Shown here piece after piece: positions 8,430 to 16,759 of a stretch of 32,000 nucleotides of DNA. The translations under genes were made by a program, and so were the position numbers. Every line of letters begins with the position of its first letter. Position 1 is the first letter of the stretch. The stretch lies in NCBI GenBank assembly GCA_965234525.1, contig OZ248515.1, positions 1,864,492 to 1,896,491 on the forward strand, read 5' to 3'. The stretch comes from Caulobacteraceae bacterium (GTDB lineage: Bacteria > Pseudomonadota > Alphaproteobacteria > Caulobacterales > Aquidulcibacteraceae). The notes below the pieces were generated by a model. That model was not told where the DNA came from and searched no databases. It worked only from the letters and a program-made list of their open reading frames with translations.

Positions 8430-9587
8430 ATGCAGCCATTCTCAATCCACATCGCGCAAGAAAAACTGGATGCGGTTTATAAGCGCGTCGAGGCTTTCCA
8501 CTGGCCAGACGTGCCAGCCGATGAAGGTGCTGAAGATTGGTCTCGCGGTGCCTCCACGCCATGGCTGAAAGGGCTTCAGGATTACTGGCTCAGCACTTAT
8601 GACTGGCGGGCAGTCGAAGCTGACCTCAATCGTCTGCCGCAGTTTCAGGTCACGATTGATGGCCAAGATCTCCACTTCCACCATATTGTGGGCGAGGCAG
8701 GGGGCAAGCGTCCTTTATTGCTTAGTCACGGGTGGCCGGGTTCGGTGTTTGAGTTTCACAAGGTTATTGGCCCCCTTGCCTTCCCAACCCAGCATGGCGG
8801 CAAGGCCGAGGATGCGTTTGATTTGATCATACCCAGTCTGCCCGGGTATGGCTTTTCAGGGCGGCCCTCCCGCCCGATAGGCCCCCGCACTACGGCAGGC
8901 CTTTTTCGCAAATTGATGGTGGATGTTTTGGGCTATAAGACCTTCATCGCCCAAGGCGGAGATTGGGGCTCGGTGGTCACCTCCTGGTTAGGTCTTGACC
9001 ACGCCGATGTGGTTTCCGGTATTCACCTCAACATGCTGGGGTTACGTCCGGACATGTCGACGCTAACCACGCCAGAGCGGGGCGCTTGGGCGCAGAAGTC
9101 ACAAGCCATGATGCAAATGGGCGGAGCCTATTTTCAACTTCAGACCACGCGCCCGCAATTACTGGCTATGGCTGTGACCGATTCCCCATTTGGACAGGCG
9201 GCTTGGATTGTTGAGAAGTTTCAGAATTGGAGCGATGCCTCTCGCGGCTCCCTTGATAGCATTTTTGGTAAGCAGGACCTTTTGACCAATGTCATGCATT
9301 ACTCGCTGACGGACCGCTTTGCCACGTCGGTCTGGTTCTATCGCGGGGTCTTGGAGGAGGGCAGTGGCTATTTCCTTCCACCGGGCCGACGCATTGAGGT
9401 GCCCACCGGCTTTGCCAATTTCCCGGGGGATAACATCTTTCCCAATCCACCCCGTGATTGGGTTGAGTTAGGCTATAATCTCCAACATTGGGCAGACATG
9501 CCCTATGGCGGGCATTTCGCCGCTTGGGAGGCACCAGACCTATTCGTACAGGATTTAGCTAGCTTTGGTCGTCGTATCGGTCGTTGA
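8430..9587 (+). CDS. Epoxide hydrolase family protein (alpha/beta hydrolase with EHN N-terminus)
   Basis: PFSIHIAQEKLDAVYKRVEAFHWPD, LLLSHGWPGSVFEF, FIAQGGDWGSVVT nucleophile elbow. Confidence 0.92.
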   Translation: MQPFSIHIAQEKLDAVYKRVEAFHWPDVPADEGAEDWSRGASTPWLKGLQDYWLSTYDWRAVEADLNRLPQFQVTIDGQDLHFHHIVGEAGGKRPLLLSHGWPGSVFEFHKVIGPLAFPTQHGGKAEDAFDLIIPSLPGYGFSGRPSRPIGPRTTAGLFRKLMVDVLGYKTFIAQGGDWGSVVTSWLGLDHADVVSGIHLNMLGLRPDMSTLTTPERGAWAQKSQAMMQMGGAYFQLQTTRPQLLAMAVTDSPFGQAAWIVEKFQNWSDASRGSLDSIFGKQDLLTNVMHYSLTDRFATSVWFYRGVLEEGSGYFLPPGRRIEVPTGFANFPGDNIFPNPPRDWVELGYNLQHWADMPYGGHFAAWEAPDLFVQDLASFGRRIGR

Positions 9588-10559
9588 GGGCAGGTCCGCT
9601 AAGGAGCGCCCGATCCGATAGAAGCGGTCTGCCCGATGAGCTCTCAACCCCTCCGCGTCAAGGGATTCAAGCTGGTAAAGCGCTTTCTCCATCGCATCCC
9701 CGACAGACTTCATAGCACTGGCGCGCGCGCGGTGCGCGCCGCCCAGAGGCTCTGGGATGATGCCGTCAATTACGCCAAAGCCCAAAAGGTCTTCAGCGGT
9801 AATCTTCATCGCCGTGGCCGCATCCTTGGCCCGATCGGCAGAGCGATAGAGGATGGATGCCGCTCCCTCGGGTGAGATCACCGAATAGACAGAGTTTTCG
9901 AGCATCAGCACGCTATTGGCTGCCGCAATCGCAACTGCCCCGCCGGAACCACCTTCACCAGTGATGACGGACACCATCGGCACACCCAAAGTCAAACAGC
10001 GTTCGGTCGCCCGTGCAATCGCTTCGGCCTGTCCGCGTGCCTCTGCATCTAGGCCAGGAAAAGCACCAGCGGTATCGACAAAAGTTAGGACGCTGAGGCC
10101 AAATTTCTCCGCCATATCCATAAGGCGCACAGCCTTTCGGTAGCCCTCAGGTCGGGCCATGCCGAAATTATGCTTGAGACGTTGTGGTGTTGTCCGACCC
10201 TTTTCATGGCCCAGCACAACAACACGGCGGCCTCGGAAACGGCCCATGCCGCCTAGAATAGCTGCATCTTCACCAAACTTACGGTCCCCTGCAAGCTCGA
10301 CATAGTCGGTGATCAGCTCCTCGACATAATCTTTAAAGTGCGGACGATCAGGATGGCGTGCAACTTGGGTACGACGCCACGGGTCCAAATTTTGATACAG
10401 GTCTGCTAAGGCGCGATTGGCCTTTTGGCGGAGCTTTGAGACCTCAGTGCGTACGCTTGTGGCGCCGCTCTTTTCCGCAGTCGCGTTCAGCTCTTCGATC
10501 TTTTTTTCAAGATCGGCAATGGGCTTCTCGAAGTCGAGAAATGCAGGACGTTCAACCAT
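9555..10559 (-). CDS. accA: Acetyl-CoA carboxylase carboxyltransferase subunit alpha
   Basis: FLDFEKPIADLEKKIEEL...YVEELITDYVELAGDR...FGMARPEGYRKAVRLM...FVDTAGAFPGLDAEARGQAEAIA...GEGGSGGAVAI. ORF opens at 10595; likely start is MVERPAFLDF at 10559. Confidence 0.97.
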   Translation of the reverse strand: MVERPAFLDFEKPIADLEKKIEELNATAEKSGATSVRTEVSKLRQKANRALADLYQNLDPWRRTQVARHPDRPHFKDYVEELITDYVELAGDRKFGEDAAILGGMGRFRGRRVVVLGHEKGRTTPQRLKHNFGMARPEGYRKAVRLMDMAEKFGLSVLTFVDTAGAFPGLDAEARGQAEAIARATERCLTLGVPMVSVITGEGGSGGAVAIAAANSVLMLENSVYSVISPEGAASILYRSADRAKDAATAMKITAEDLLGFGVIDGIIPEPLGGAHRARASAMKSVGDAMEKALYQLESLDAEGLRAHRADRFYRIGRSLADLPSTTDTTTKAS

Positions 10560-10719
10560 AACAAACCGATTAAGCCTCTGCGTGCACTTCGGCAAGCCTG
10601 CGCGCCAGTAGGTTATTGGTTAAAATTGCCCCAATTTGGCCCTGAAGCCTCCCAACCACTGCCTTGTTGCACCCATTTATCGTGTGAAACGTTCACAGAA
10701 GCGTTTGGAGGCAAGCCAC

Positions 10720-12561
10720 ATGATCCAACTTTACCCGCACCCATCCACACCAACAGCCCGAATGAAGTCCGCTGCCAAGCAAGTCATTTCAGTCATTTCT
10801 CTCACGGCTTTGGTGACAAGTTGCGGGACTAATCCCGCTGCCTATAACCAATATGCAGGCCCGGTCAGCCAGTCTGTCTCCACAGATGCGGTTGATTATA
10901 ATTGTCCGGCTCCGCCCGAGCGGGCAGAGCGTGGCTATCCAAGTCGCACCCGGATGGCCGTGGGAATGCCAGCTCAAGCTATAATGTCGCCGCCCCCACC
11001 GGCACCTGCCTTGGCCGATGCTACGGCCCAATCCTATGCTGCGCAAGGCAAAGTAGCTGCTCCCCCGATGCAGAATGTTGTCGTCACGGGGACGCGTATC
11101 GCCCCGATGCCACAGCAGCAATCAACGGAGAAATATCCCCTCGCGGCGATTAACAGCGTCAAGCAAACGGCAGAGAACCCAGTCTCAACCTTCGCCATGG
11201 AAGTCGATACCGCCTCCTACGCCAATGCGCGTCGGTTTGTGAGTGAAGGCAGTCTGCCACCCGCGGACGCCGTACGCGTCGAAGAGTTTCTGAACTATTT
11301 TGATTATGGCTATGCCAAGTCACGAGATCGCAAGTTGCCATTCTCTACCACGGTCGCGGTAGTGCCTTCGCCATGGGCTGATGAAAAGCAGATCGTGCAT
11401 GTCGGGCTTTCCGGTTACGACATCGCCCGTAGCGAACGCCCACCTTTAAATCTCACGATGCTGATGGATGTTTCGGGATCCATGTATGCAGAAGACCGTT
11501 TGCCTTTGGCCAAGCGGGCCTTGGCCCTTTTAGCCCCAAACCTCAATGGTCGAGACCGTGTATCCATCGTGGTCTATGCAGGCGCAGCAGGGGTGGTTCT
11601 GAAGCCAACGCCCGGGAACCAGACCCGTGACATCGTTTGTGCGCTTGAAATCCTGCAAGCTGGTGGCTCAACCGCCGGCGGGGAAGGCATTCGCCTTGCC
11701 TATGAAACAGCTGCCAAGAATTACAATAAAGATGGGGTCAATCGGGTCATCCTGATGACGGATGGCGATTTCAATGTCGGCATTTCTGATCCGCGCGCCT
11801 TACAAAGCTATGTGACCGACCAACGCAAGAAGGGCATCTATCTCTCTGTGTTTGGCTTTGGTCGCGGCAATTACAATGACACGATGATGCAAGCCTTGGC
11901 CCAGAACGGCAATGGTGTCGCCACCTATATCGACACCATCCAAGAGGCCCGCAAAGTGTTTGATACCCAGATTGGTGGCACGCTCTTCCCCATCGCCGAC
12001 GATGTGAAAGCGCAAGTCGAGTTCAATCCAGCCCGTGTAAAAGAATGGCGCTTGATTGGTTATGAGACGCGCGCCCTCAACCGCGAGGACTTTAACAATG
12101 ACGCCGTCGATGCGGGCGAGATCGGCGCGGGTCACCAAGTCACGGCGCTTTATGAAATCACGCCCGTGGGTGCCCAAGGCAGTGTTGATCCCCTTCGATA
12201 TGGGGCCGCCACTCAAACCCCTGCAACAGGTAAGGCCAAGGAGCTGGGGCTATTGCGCTTGCGCTACAAAGTACCCGGTGAGGCCAATTCCCGCTTAATT
12301 GAGCGGCCAATTACCGACTCAGATCGCAGCGCCAGCTTTGACCGCGCGCCAGAGGCAACCCGCTTTGCCATCGCGGTGGCCGGCTATGCCCAACTCCTCC
12401 GCCAAGACCCTTGGATTGGCAAAGGCTTTGGTTTTGCTGATGTCACCCGCATCGCCAAGGGTGCCAAGGGCGAGGATCGATTTGGGTTCCGAGATGAGTT
12501 TGTCGACCTTGTCTCGCGCGCCGAAGGGTTGGACCGTTTGCCAATTCAAAGCCAAGACTAA
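10720..12561 (+). CDS. VWA domain-containing lipoprotein (YfbK-like)
   Basis: MIQLYPH...SLTALVTSC lipobox; MLMDVSGSM MIDAS motif; ENPVSTFAMEVDTASYANARRFVSEGSLPPADAVRVEEFLNYFDY. GGAGG upstream of ATG 10720; the ORF itself extends to 10636. Confidence 0.92.
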   Translation: MIQLYPHPSTPTARMKSAAKQVISVISLTALVTSCGTNPAAYNQYAGPVSQSVSTDAVDYNCPAPPERAERGYPSRTRMAVGMPAQAIMSPPPPAPALADATAQSYAAQGKVAAPPMQNVVVTGTRIAPMPQQQSTEKYPLAAINSVKQTAENPVSTFAMEVDTASYANARRFVSEGSLPPADAVRVEEFLNYFDYGYAKSRDRKLPFSTTVAVVPSPWADEKQIVHVGLSGYDIARSERPPLNLTMLMDVSGSMYAEDRLPLAKRALALLAPNLNGRDRVSIVVYAGAAGVVLKPTPGNQTRDIVCALEILQAGGSTAGGEGIRLAYETAAKNYNKDGVNRVILMTDGDFNVGISDPRALQSYVTDQRKKGIYLSVFGFGRGNYNDTMMQALAQNGNGVATYIDTIQEARKVFDTQIGGTLFPIADDVKAQVEFNPARVKEWRLIGYETRALNREDFNNDAVDAGEIGAGHQVTALYEITPVGAQGSVDPLRYGAATQTPATGKAKELGLLRLRYKVPGEANSRLIERPITDSDRSASFDRAPEATRFAIAVAGYAQLLRQDPWIGKGFGFADVTRIAKGAKGEDRFGFRDEFVDLVSRAEGLDRLPIQSQD

Positions 12562-12571
12562 GTTAGAATTG

Positions 12572-12600
12572 GGCGTGGTGGTTTCTGCGACCGCCACGCC
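12572..12600. terminator. Putative bidirectional terminator-like hairpin between convergent genes
   Basis: GGCGTGGTGG (12572-12581) pairs with CCGCCACGCC (12591-12600): 10 bp including one G-U, 9-nt loop, in the 48-bp convergent gap. No strong T-tract. Confidence 0.5.
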
Positions 12601-12609
12601 TATCGGCCT

Positions 12610-14034
12610 TTACCCTAACAGCTTCAGGAATTTCACTAATTTTCGGGTGCGGTCTGAGAATAGGGTGGGGGTGAAATAGGCCCCTGCCGCGCGTTTGACG
12701 ATTTCGCTGCGCGTTGGATAGGGCGAGATTAGGCTGGTGATCGCACTCACGCCTTTCTTATTCGCCATGGCCAGACCAACCAGCTGGATGGCTTCGCCCG
12801 CCCCTTCCCCGACGATGGTGGCACCGAGGATTTTGCCACCCTTGCCAATGATGAGCTTGCAGAAGCCCTCGGTAGACCGCTCGGTCTGGGCGCGGTCATT
12901 ATCCTCAAACTCGGCCTTGGTGACGGTGACGTCGCTGCCAAACTGATCGCGAGCTTGTGCTTCGGTCAGGCCGATTTTGGCGACTTCCGGGTCGCAATAG
13001 GCCACCGCAGGCATATAGGGGACAGCGGCTGTCGCCGGGGCCTTAAACACGGCATTGCGAATAAAGACGCTGGCGTGGAAGCCCGCTGCATGGGTCAATT
13101 GTTCTTTCCCCGCCACATCGCCAATCGCCCAGACGCGAGGATTAGACACACTGCGCAAGCGATCATCTGTCGCAACGCCCTTGCGGCTATAGGTGACATT
13201 AGCTTTATCCAGCCCAATGTTCTCAACCCGTGCTGCTCGGCCGACCGCGACCAACAAGCGCTCCGCTTTGAGCACCCGGCCATCTTCTAAGGTGACGGCT
13301 ATCTCGGTGTGGTCACCCGATACAGCGACAGCTTTGGCCCCTTCATACACGCTCACGCCATCGGCGGTCAGGCTAGCGCGCACAATCTCTACCGCCTCAG
13401 GCTCTTGCGGGCCCATGATGGTCATCGCCTCAACCAAGGTCACTTGCGTGCCCAATCGGGCAAAGGCTTGGCCGAGTTCAACCCCGATCACGCCACCACC
13501 CAATACGATCAGGCTCTTGGGCTGGGTTTCTTGGGCAAAGACGGTCTCATTGGTCAGGAAGGGCGTCTCGCTAAGGCCTGGGATAGGCGGCACAAAGGCG
13601 CTGGCACCCGTGGCAATCACGAATTTTTGCGCTGTGACCTTTGCAGATGCGCTCTCAACCGTACGCGGGTCGATAAAAAAGGCATGTTCGCGAAAGACAG
13701 TGCAGCCCAAGCCTTCAAAGCGCTCTTGGCTGTCGATCGGTGCGATGGTCTCGATCACACCATCGATATGGCCGCGCAGTTTGTTCCAGTCGACCACCGC
13801 CTTGGTGTCTTCAATGCCAAAGCGGCTAGCATGTTGCATCGCATGGGCGGTCTTGGCCGCAGCAATCAGCGCCTTGGATGGAACGCAGCCGGTGTTGAGG
13901 CAATCGCCGCCCATTTCGCCTTCTTCATAAAGGACGACCGACAAGCCAAGCTGTGCCGCGCCTGCTGCAACCGACAAGCCTGCGGCACCTGCCCCGATGA
14001 CGCAAATATCGACGTTGAGTTGCTGCTGGCTCAT
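12610..14034 (-). CDS. FAD-dependent pyridine nucleotide-disulfide oxidoreductase (MerA-like / dihydrolipoyl dehydrogenase family)
   Basis: VIGAGAAGLSVAAGAAQLG; GGDCLNTGCVPSKAL redox-active CxxxxC; GGGVIGVELGQAFARLG; VWAIGDVAG. Likely start MSQQQLNVD at 14034. Confidence 0.93.
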   Translation of the reverse strand: MSQQQLNVDICVIGAGAAGLSVAAGAAQLGLSVVLYEEGEMGGDCLNTGCVPSKALIAAAKTAHAMQHASRFGIEDTKAVVDWNKLRGHIDGVIETIAPIDSQERFEGLGCTVFREHAFFIDPRTVESASAKVTAQKFVIATGASAFVPPIPGLSETPFLTNETVFAQETQPKSLIVLGGGVIGVELGQAFARLGTQVTLVEAMTIMGPQEPEAVEIVRASLTADGVSVYEGAKAVAVSGDHTEIAVTLEDGRVLKAERLLVAVGRAARVENIGLDKANVTYSRKGVATDDRLRSVSNPRVWAIGDVAGKEQLTHAAGFHASVFIRNAVFKAPATAAVPYMPAVAYCDPEVAKIGLTEAQARDQFGSDVTVTKAEFEDNDRAQTERSTEGFCKLIIGKGGKILGATIVGEGAGEAIQLVGLAMANKKGVSAITSLISPYPTRSEIVKRAAGAYFTPTLFSDRTRKLVKFLKLLG

Positions 14035-14759
14035 GCATGTTTCCGTTTCGATTGAACAAATTTCCAAGCGCTGGGCAGCAGCGCTAAGACTGCCAATCCC
14101 ACCAGAGGTCCCATCACTTCGGGGTTATAAATGATCTTCAAGTCCGGCGTTTGGCCCTGGGAGATCAAATGCTCAATCCCATTGCCCAGCGAGGCATAAA
14201 CGTAACAACCCGGCAGAATGCCAATGGCGGTTGCGAGAACAAAGGTGCGAAGCGGCACGCCCAAGAAGCCGGCTGCCAGATTAATGCCAAAGAAGGGGGC
14301 TATGGGCAAAAGTCGCAAGGTTAGAAGGTAGCCAAAAGCATTCTTCTGAAAGCCCTTCTCCAACCGGTCAATAATACCACCAGCCCGAGCGCGTAAGCCG
14401 CCGCCCAAGGCAGATTGGGTTGCCATAAACAAAAAGGTGGCCCCGATGGTTGCTGAGGTCGAAGCAATTGCCGTAGCGACAATTGGTCCGAAGATGGGCC
14501 CAAACATTGGACCAAACAAAAAGCCGCCGGCAATCGTGATCCAAATCGCGCCAGGCAAGGCAATCGTGGTGGCGAAAATATAAATGCCCATATAGCAAGC
14601 GATCACTAGAAGCGGCTTGGTCGTCACCAAATCACGCAAGACTTCGCTCTGCTTGGCCAAAACGTCAAACGACAGATATTTGTGCCATCCCATCGAGATC
14701 GCAAGGATCAGGCCCAAGGCGATGCCCACCAACGGGCCGAAACGTTTGAGGGCTTGCAT
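14031..14759 (-). CDS. TVP38/TMEM64 (VTT, DedA-like) family membrane protein
   Basis: PGAIWITIAGGFLFGPMFGPIFGPIVATAIASTSATIGATFLF...FGYLLTLRLLPIAPFFGINLAAGFLGVPLRTFVLATAIGILPGCYVYASLG. Stop overlaps the next gene's start (ATGA). Confidence 0.9.
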   Translation of the reverse strand: MQALKRFGPLVGIALGLILAISMGWHKYLSFDVLAKQSEVLRDLVTTKPLLVIACYMGIYIFATTIALPGAIWITIAGGFLFGPMFGPIFGPIVATAIASTSATIGATFLFMATQSALGGGLRARAGGIIDRLEKGFQKNAFGYLLTLRLLPIAPFFGINLAAGFLGVPLRTFVLATAIGILPGCYVYASLGNGIEHLISQGQTPDLKIIYNPEVMGPLVGLAVLALLPSAWKFVQSKRKHA

Positions 14760-14761
14760 GT

Positions 14762-15550
14762 TTAAGAACCTGTCGTCGCATTGATGGACCAATCATAATC
14801 ATCGCCCACAATCCGGGCATTGGTCATTTGGGTCACAAGGGTGGGTGCCGCATAGCGGCGGAGATGGGTGAGAATGCCTGCCTCATTATTCCCAAAATCA
14901 ACTTTGAACCATTGATAAATCGACGAAACACGCAGTTTTTGCGGGCCAACAACGCGAACTCCGCGCGGGGAATTGATGAAGGCGCGCGCCGCTGCATCGA
15001 GATCAGCTTCGAGCGTCTCCGTCCGCCAGCCGCGTCGACCTAAGTTTGGACAGCCGATTGAAGCGCAATTGACTGCATAATGCACACGTGGGTCGCGCCA
15101 TTGCTTGCGCAGAATATTGTGTTCGATGTCATCCAGCGAGAGTAGCTTGCCCTCAACCCGCACACGGGGCTCTTTCCACGGGCCCATGGCCAACAGATTT
15201 GGCTTGATCTCGCGGATAGATTTTACCGGATAGCGCGCCAGCACGACTTGAACGGTGATGGCATTATAGAGATTAGCCCACGTGGCAAATTGAGTGGCCT
15301 TGGGTAGACTTGAGATCTTCAAGCCCGCAAGCCCAGCAACAACAGCATCCAGTGCGCGCATGTCCGCTGCACTTGCCTTCCAAGCCGCATAATCAACCCG
15401 GTTCAGGCCGGTGGAATCAGGGCGCACATAACGGCCTAAAAGCTCATCCCACAAAGCTTGCGGTGTCTTGCCGGGGGCTGCGCCGAGGGCAGGCGGGGTA
15501 AGGGTCATCAGGGCCGCACTTCCAATTACCAGGCTTCTGCGCGAAATCAT
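14762..15550 (-). CDS. DUF547 domain-containing protein, Tat/Sec-type signal peptide
   Basis: MISRRSLVIGSAALMTLTPPALGA signal; ATWANLYNAITVQVV; VHYAVNCASIGCPNLG, characteristic of DUF547. Confidence 0.9.
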   Translation of the reverse strand: MISRRSLVIGSAALMTLTPPALGAAPGKTPQALWDELLGRYVRPDSTGLNRVDYAAWKASAADMRALDAVVAGLAGLKISSLPKATQFATWANLYNAITVQVVLARYPVKSIREIKPNLLAMGPWKEPRVRVEGKLLSLDDIEHNILRKQWRDPRVHYAVNCASIGCPNLGRRGWRTETLEADLDAAARAFINSPRGVRVVGPQKLRVSSIYQWFKVDFGNNEAGILTHLRRYAAPTLVTQMTNARIVGDDYDWSINATTGS

Positions 15551-15573
15551 GGTCACTCCTAACCTATTCTTGA

Positions 15574-15599
15574 CCCTGCATACGCTTTTTTCTGCAGGG
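15574..15599. promoter_or_regulatory. Perfect inverted repeat (CCCTGCA-N12-TGCAGGG) in the divergent DUF547/purQ intergenic region
   Basis: CCCTGCA 15574-15580; TGCAGGG 15593-15599; loop TACGCTTTTTTC. Confidence 0.4.
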
Positions 15600-15671
15600 C
15601 GGTTGCACAATGGCTGCAGGAGATGGCGCAGTGGACTTCACCTTAAGGGCAAAACCGCGTAGGTCAGACCT

Positions 15672-16334
15672 ATGAAAGCTGCCGTCATCATCTACCCCGG
15701 ATCGAATTGTGACCGCGATTGCAAAGTCGCTTTGGAGCGCAGCGTCGATGCGCAAGTCTCTATGGTTTGGCATAAGGAAACCAGCCTACCAGAAGGCTTG
15801 GATCTGATTGTCCTGCCGGGTGGTTTTTCCTATGGCGATTATCTTCGTTGTGGTGCAATGGCCGCCCTCTCTCCAGTCACCCGCGCTGTGGTGGATGCAG
15901 CAAAGGCTGGCGTGCCTGTCCTAGGTATTTGCAACGGCTTCCAAGTTTTGTGTGAGACCGGGCTTCTGCCCGGTGCCTTGTTACGCAACGCCAGCCTGAA
16001 ATATGTCTGCAAGCCTGTCGCGCTGGAAGTTACCAATGTCGCGACGCCTTTCACACGCGCTTTTGGCAACCGCACAGATGCTGTCATGACCGTCGGCAAT
16101 GGAGAAGGAAACTACTTCGCCGAAGACAGCGTGCTCGACGAGCTGGAGCAAGAAAACCGCGTTGCCTTCCGTTACAAGGAAGAGGTCAATGGCTCTTTAA
16201 GGCGCATCGCGGGCATCGTGGACCCAACCGGGCGCATCCTTGGCATGATGCCCCATCCAGACCGCGCTTTTGAAGCCGAACTGGGTAGCGCTGACGGGGC
16301 CTTGGTGTTCCAAAGCCTGTTGGAAGCAGCCTAG
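15672..16334 (+). CDS. purQ: Phosphoribosylformylglycinamidine synthase subunit PurQ
   Basis: [17 protein letters not shown]; [18 protein letters not shown]; [24 protein letters not shown]; [11 protein letters not shown]. Confidence 0.97.
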   Translation: MKAAVIIYPGSNCDRDCKVALERSVDAQVSMVWHKETSLPEGLDLIVLPGGFSYGDYLRCGAMAALSPVTRAVVDAAKAGVPVLGICNGFQVLCETGLLPGALLRNASLKYVCKPVALEVTNVATPFTRAFGNRTDAVMTVGNGEGNYFAEDSVLDELEQENRVAFRYKEEVNGSLRRIAGIVDPTGRILGMMPHPDRAFEAELGSADGALVFQSLLEAA

Positions 16335-16404
16335 CCTGCCATTGGTAGCCGCAAAAATGACGGGCAGGGGTCGACTCTGCCGGTTTTGTCATTAAGTCAC
16401 GGCC

Positions 16405-16752
16405 ATGGATTCATTTGCTTATAAGATTGAAACACGTGGTGCTTGGGCAAAGGCCCAGAGCGCTGGCGTCTATACGGGCTCGGCCCTCGATGTGACCGAT
16501 GGCTTCATCCATCTCTCTGCTCTGGATCAGGTGCGCGCGACGCTGACGATGTGGTTTAAAGACCAACCTGATTTGATCTTGGCCAAGATCGATTTGGCAT
16601 CTTTGGGCGACACTGTAGTGTGGGAGGCATCGCGGGGCGGAGCGCTGTTTCCTCACATTTATGGCCCCATCCCAATGTCTGCCGTGCGAGAAGTAATCGA
16701 CTTGGCCCTGTTAGCTGATGGTAGCCACGACCTGCCTCAGATTTTCCCATGA
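16405..16752 (+). CDS. DUF952 domain-containing protein
   Basis: AYKIETRGAWAKAQSAGVYTGSALDVTDGFIHLSALDQV...FPHIYGPIPMSAVREV. Confidence 0.88.
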   Translation: MDSFAYKIETRGAWAKAQSAGVYTGSALDVTDGFIHLSALDQVRATLTMWFKDQPDLILAKIDLASLGDTVVWEASRGGALFPHIYGPIPMSAVREVIDLALLADGSHDLPQIFP

Positions 16753-16759
16753 GTTTCCC

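Noticed and set aside
13193-14055. Plus-strand ORFs of 245 and 248 aa opposite the MerA-like gene
   Set aside because: They overlap each other in different frames and lie wholly antisense to a well-supported oxidoreductase. Compositionally they look like frame artefacts.
16336-16384. Weak complementarity (GCCTGCC...GGGCAGG; GGCAG...CTGCC) between purQ and DUF952
   Set aside because: Stems of only 5-7 bp with long loops and no T-tract; not distinguishable from GC-rich background.
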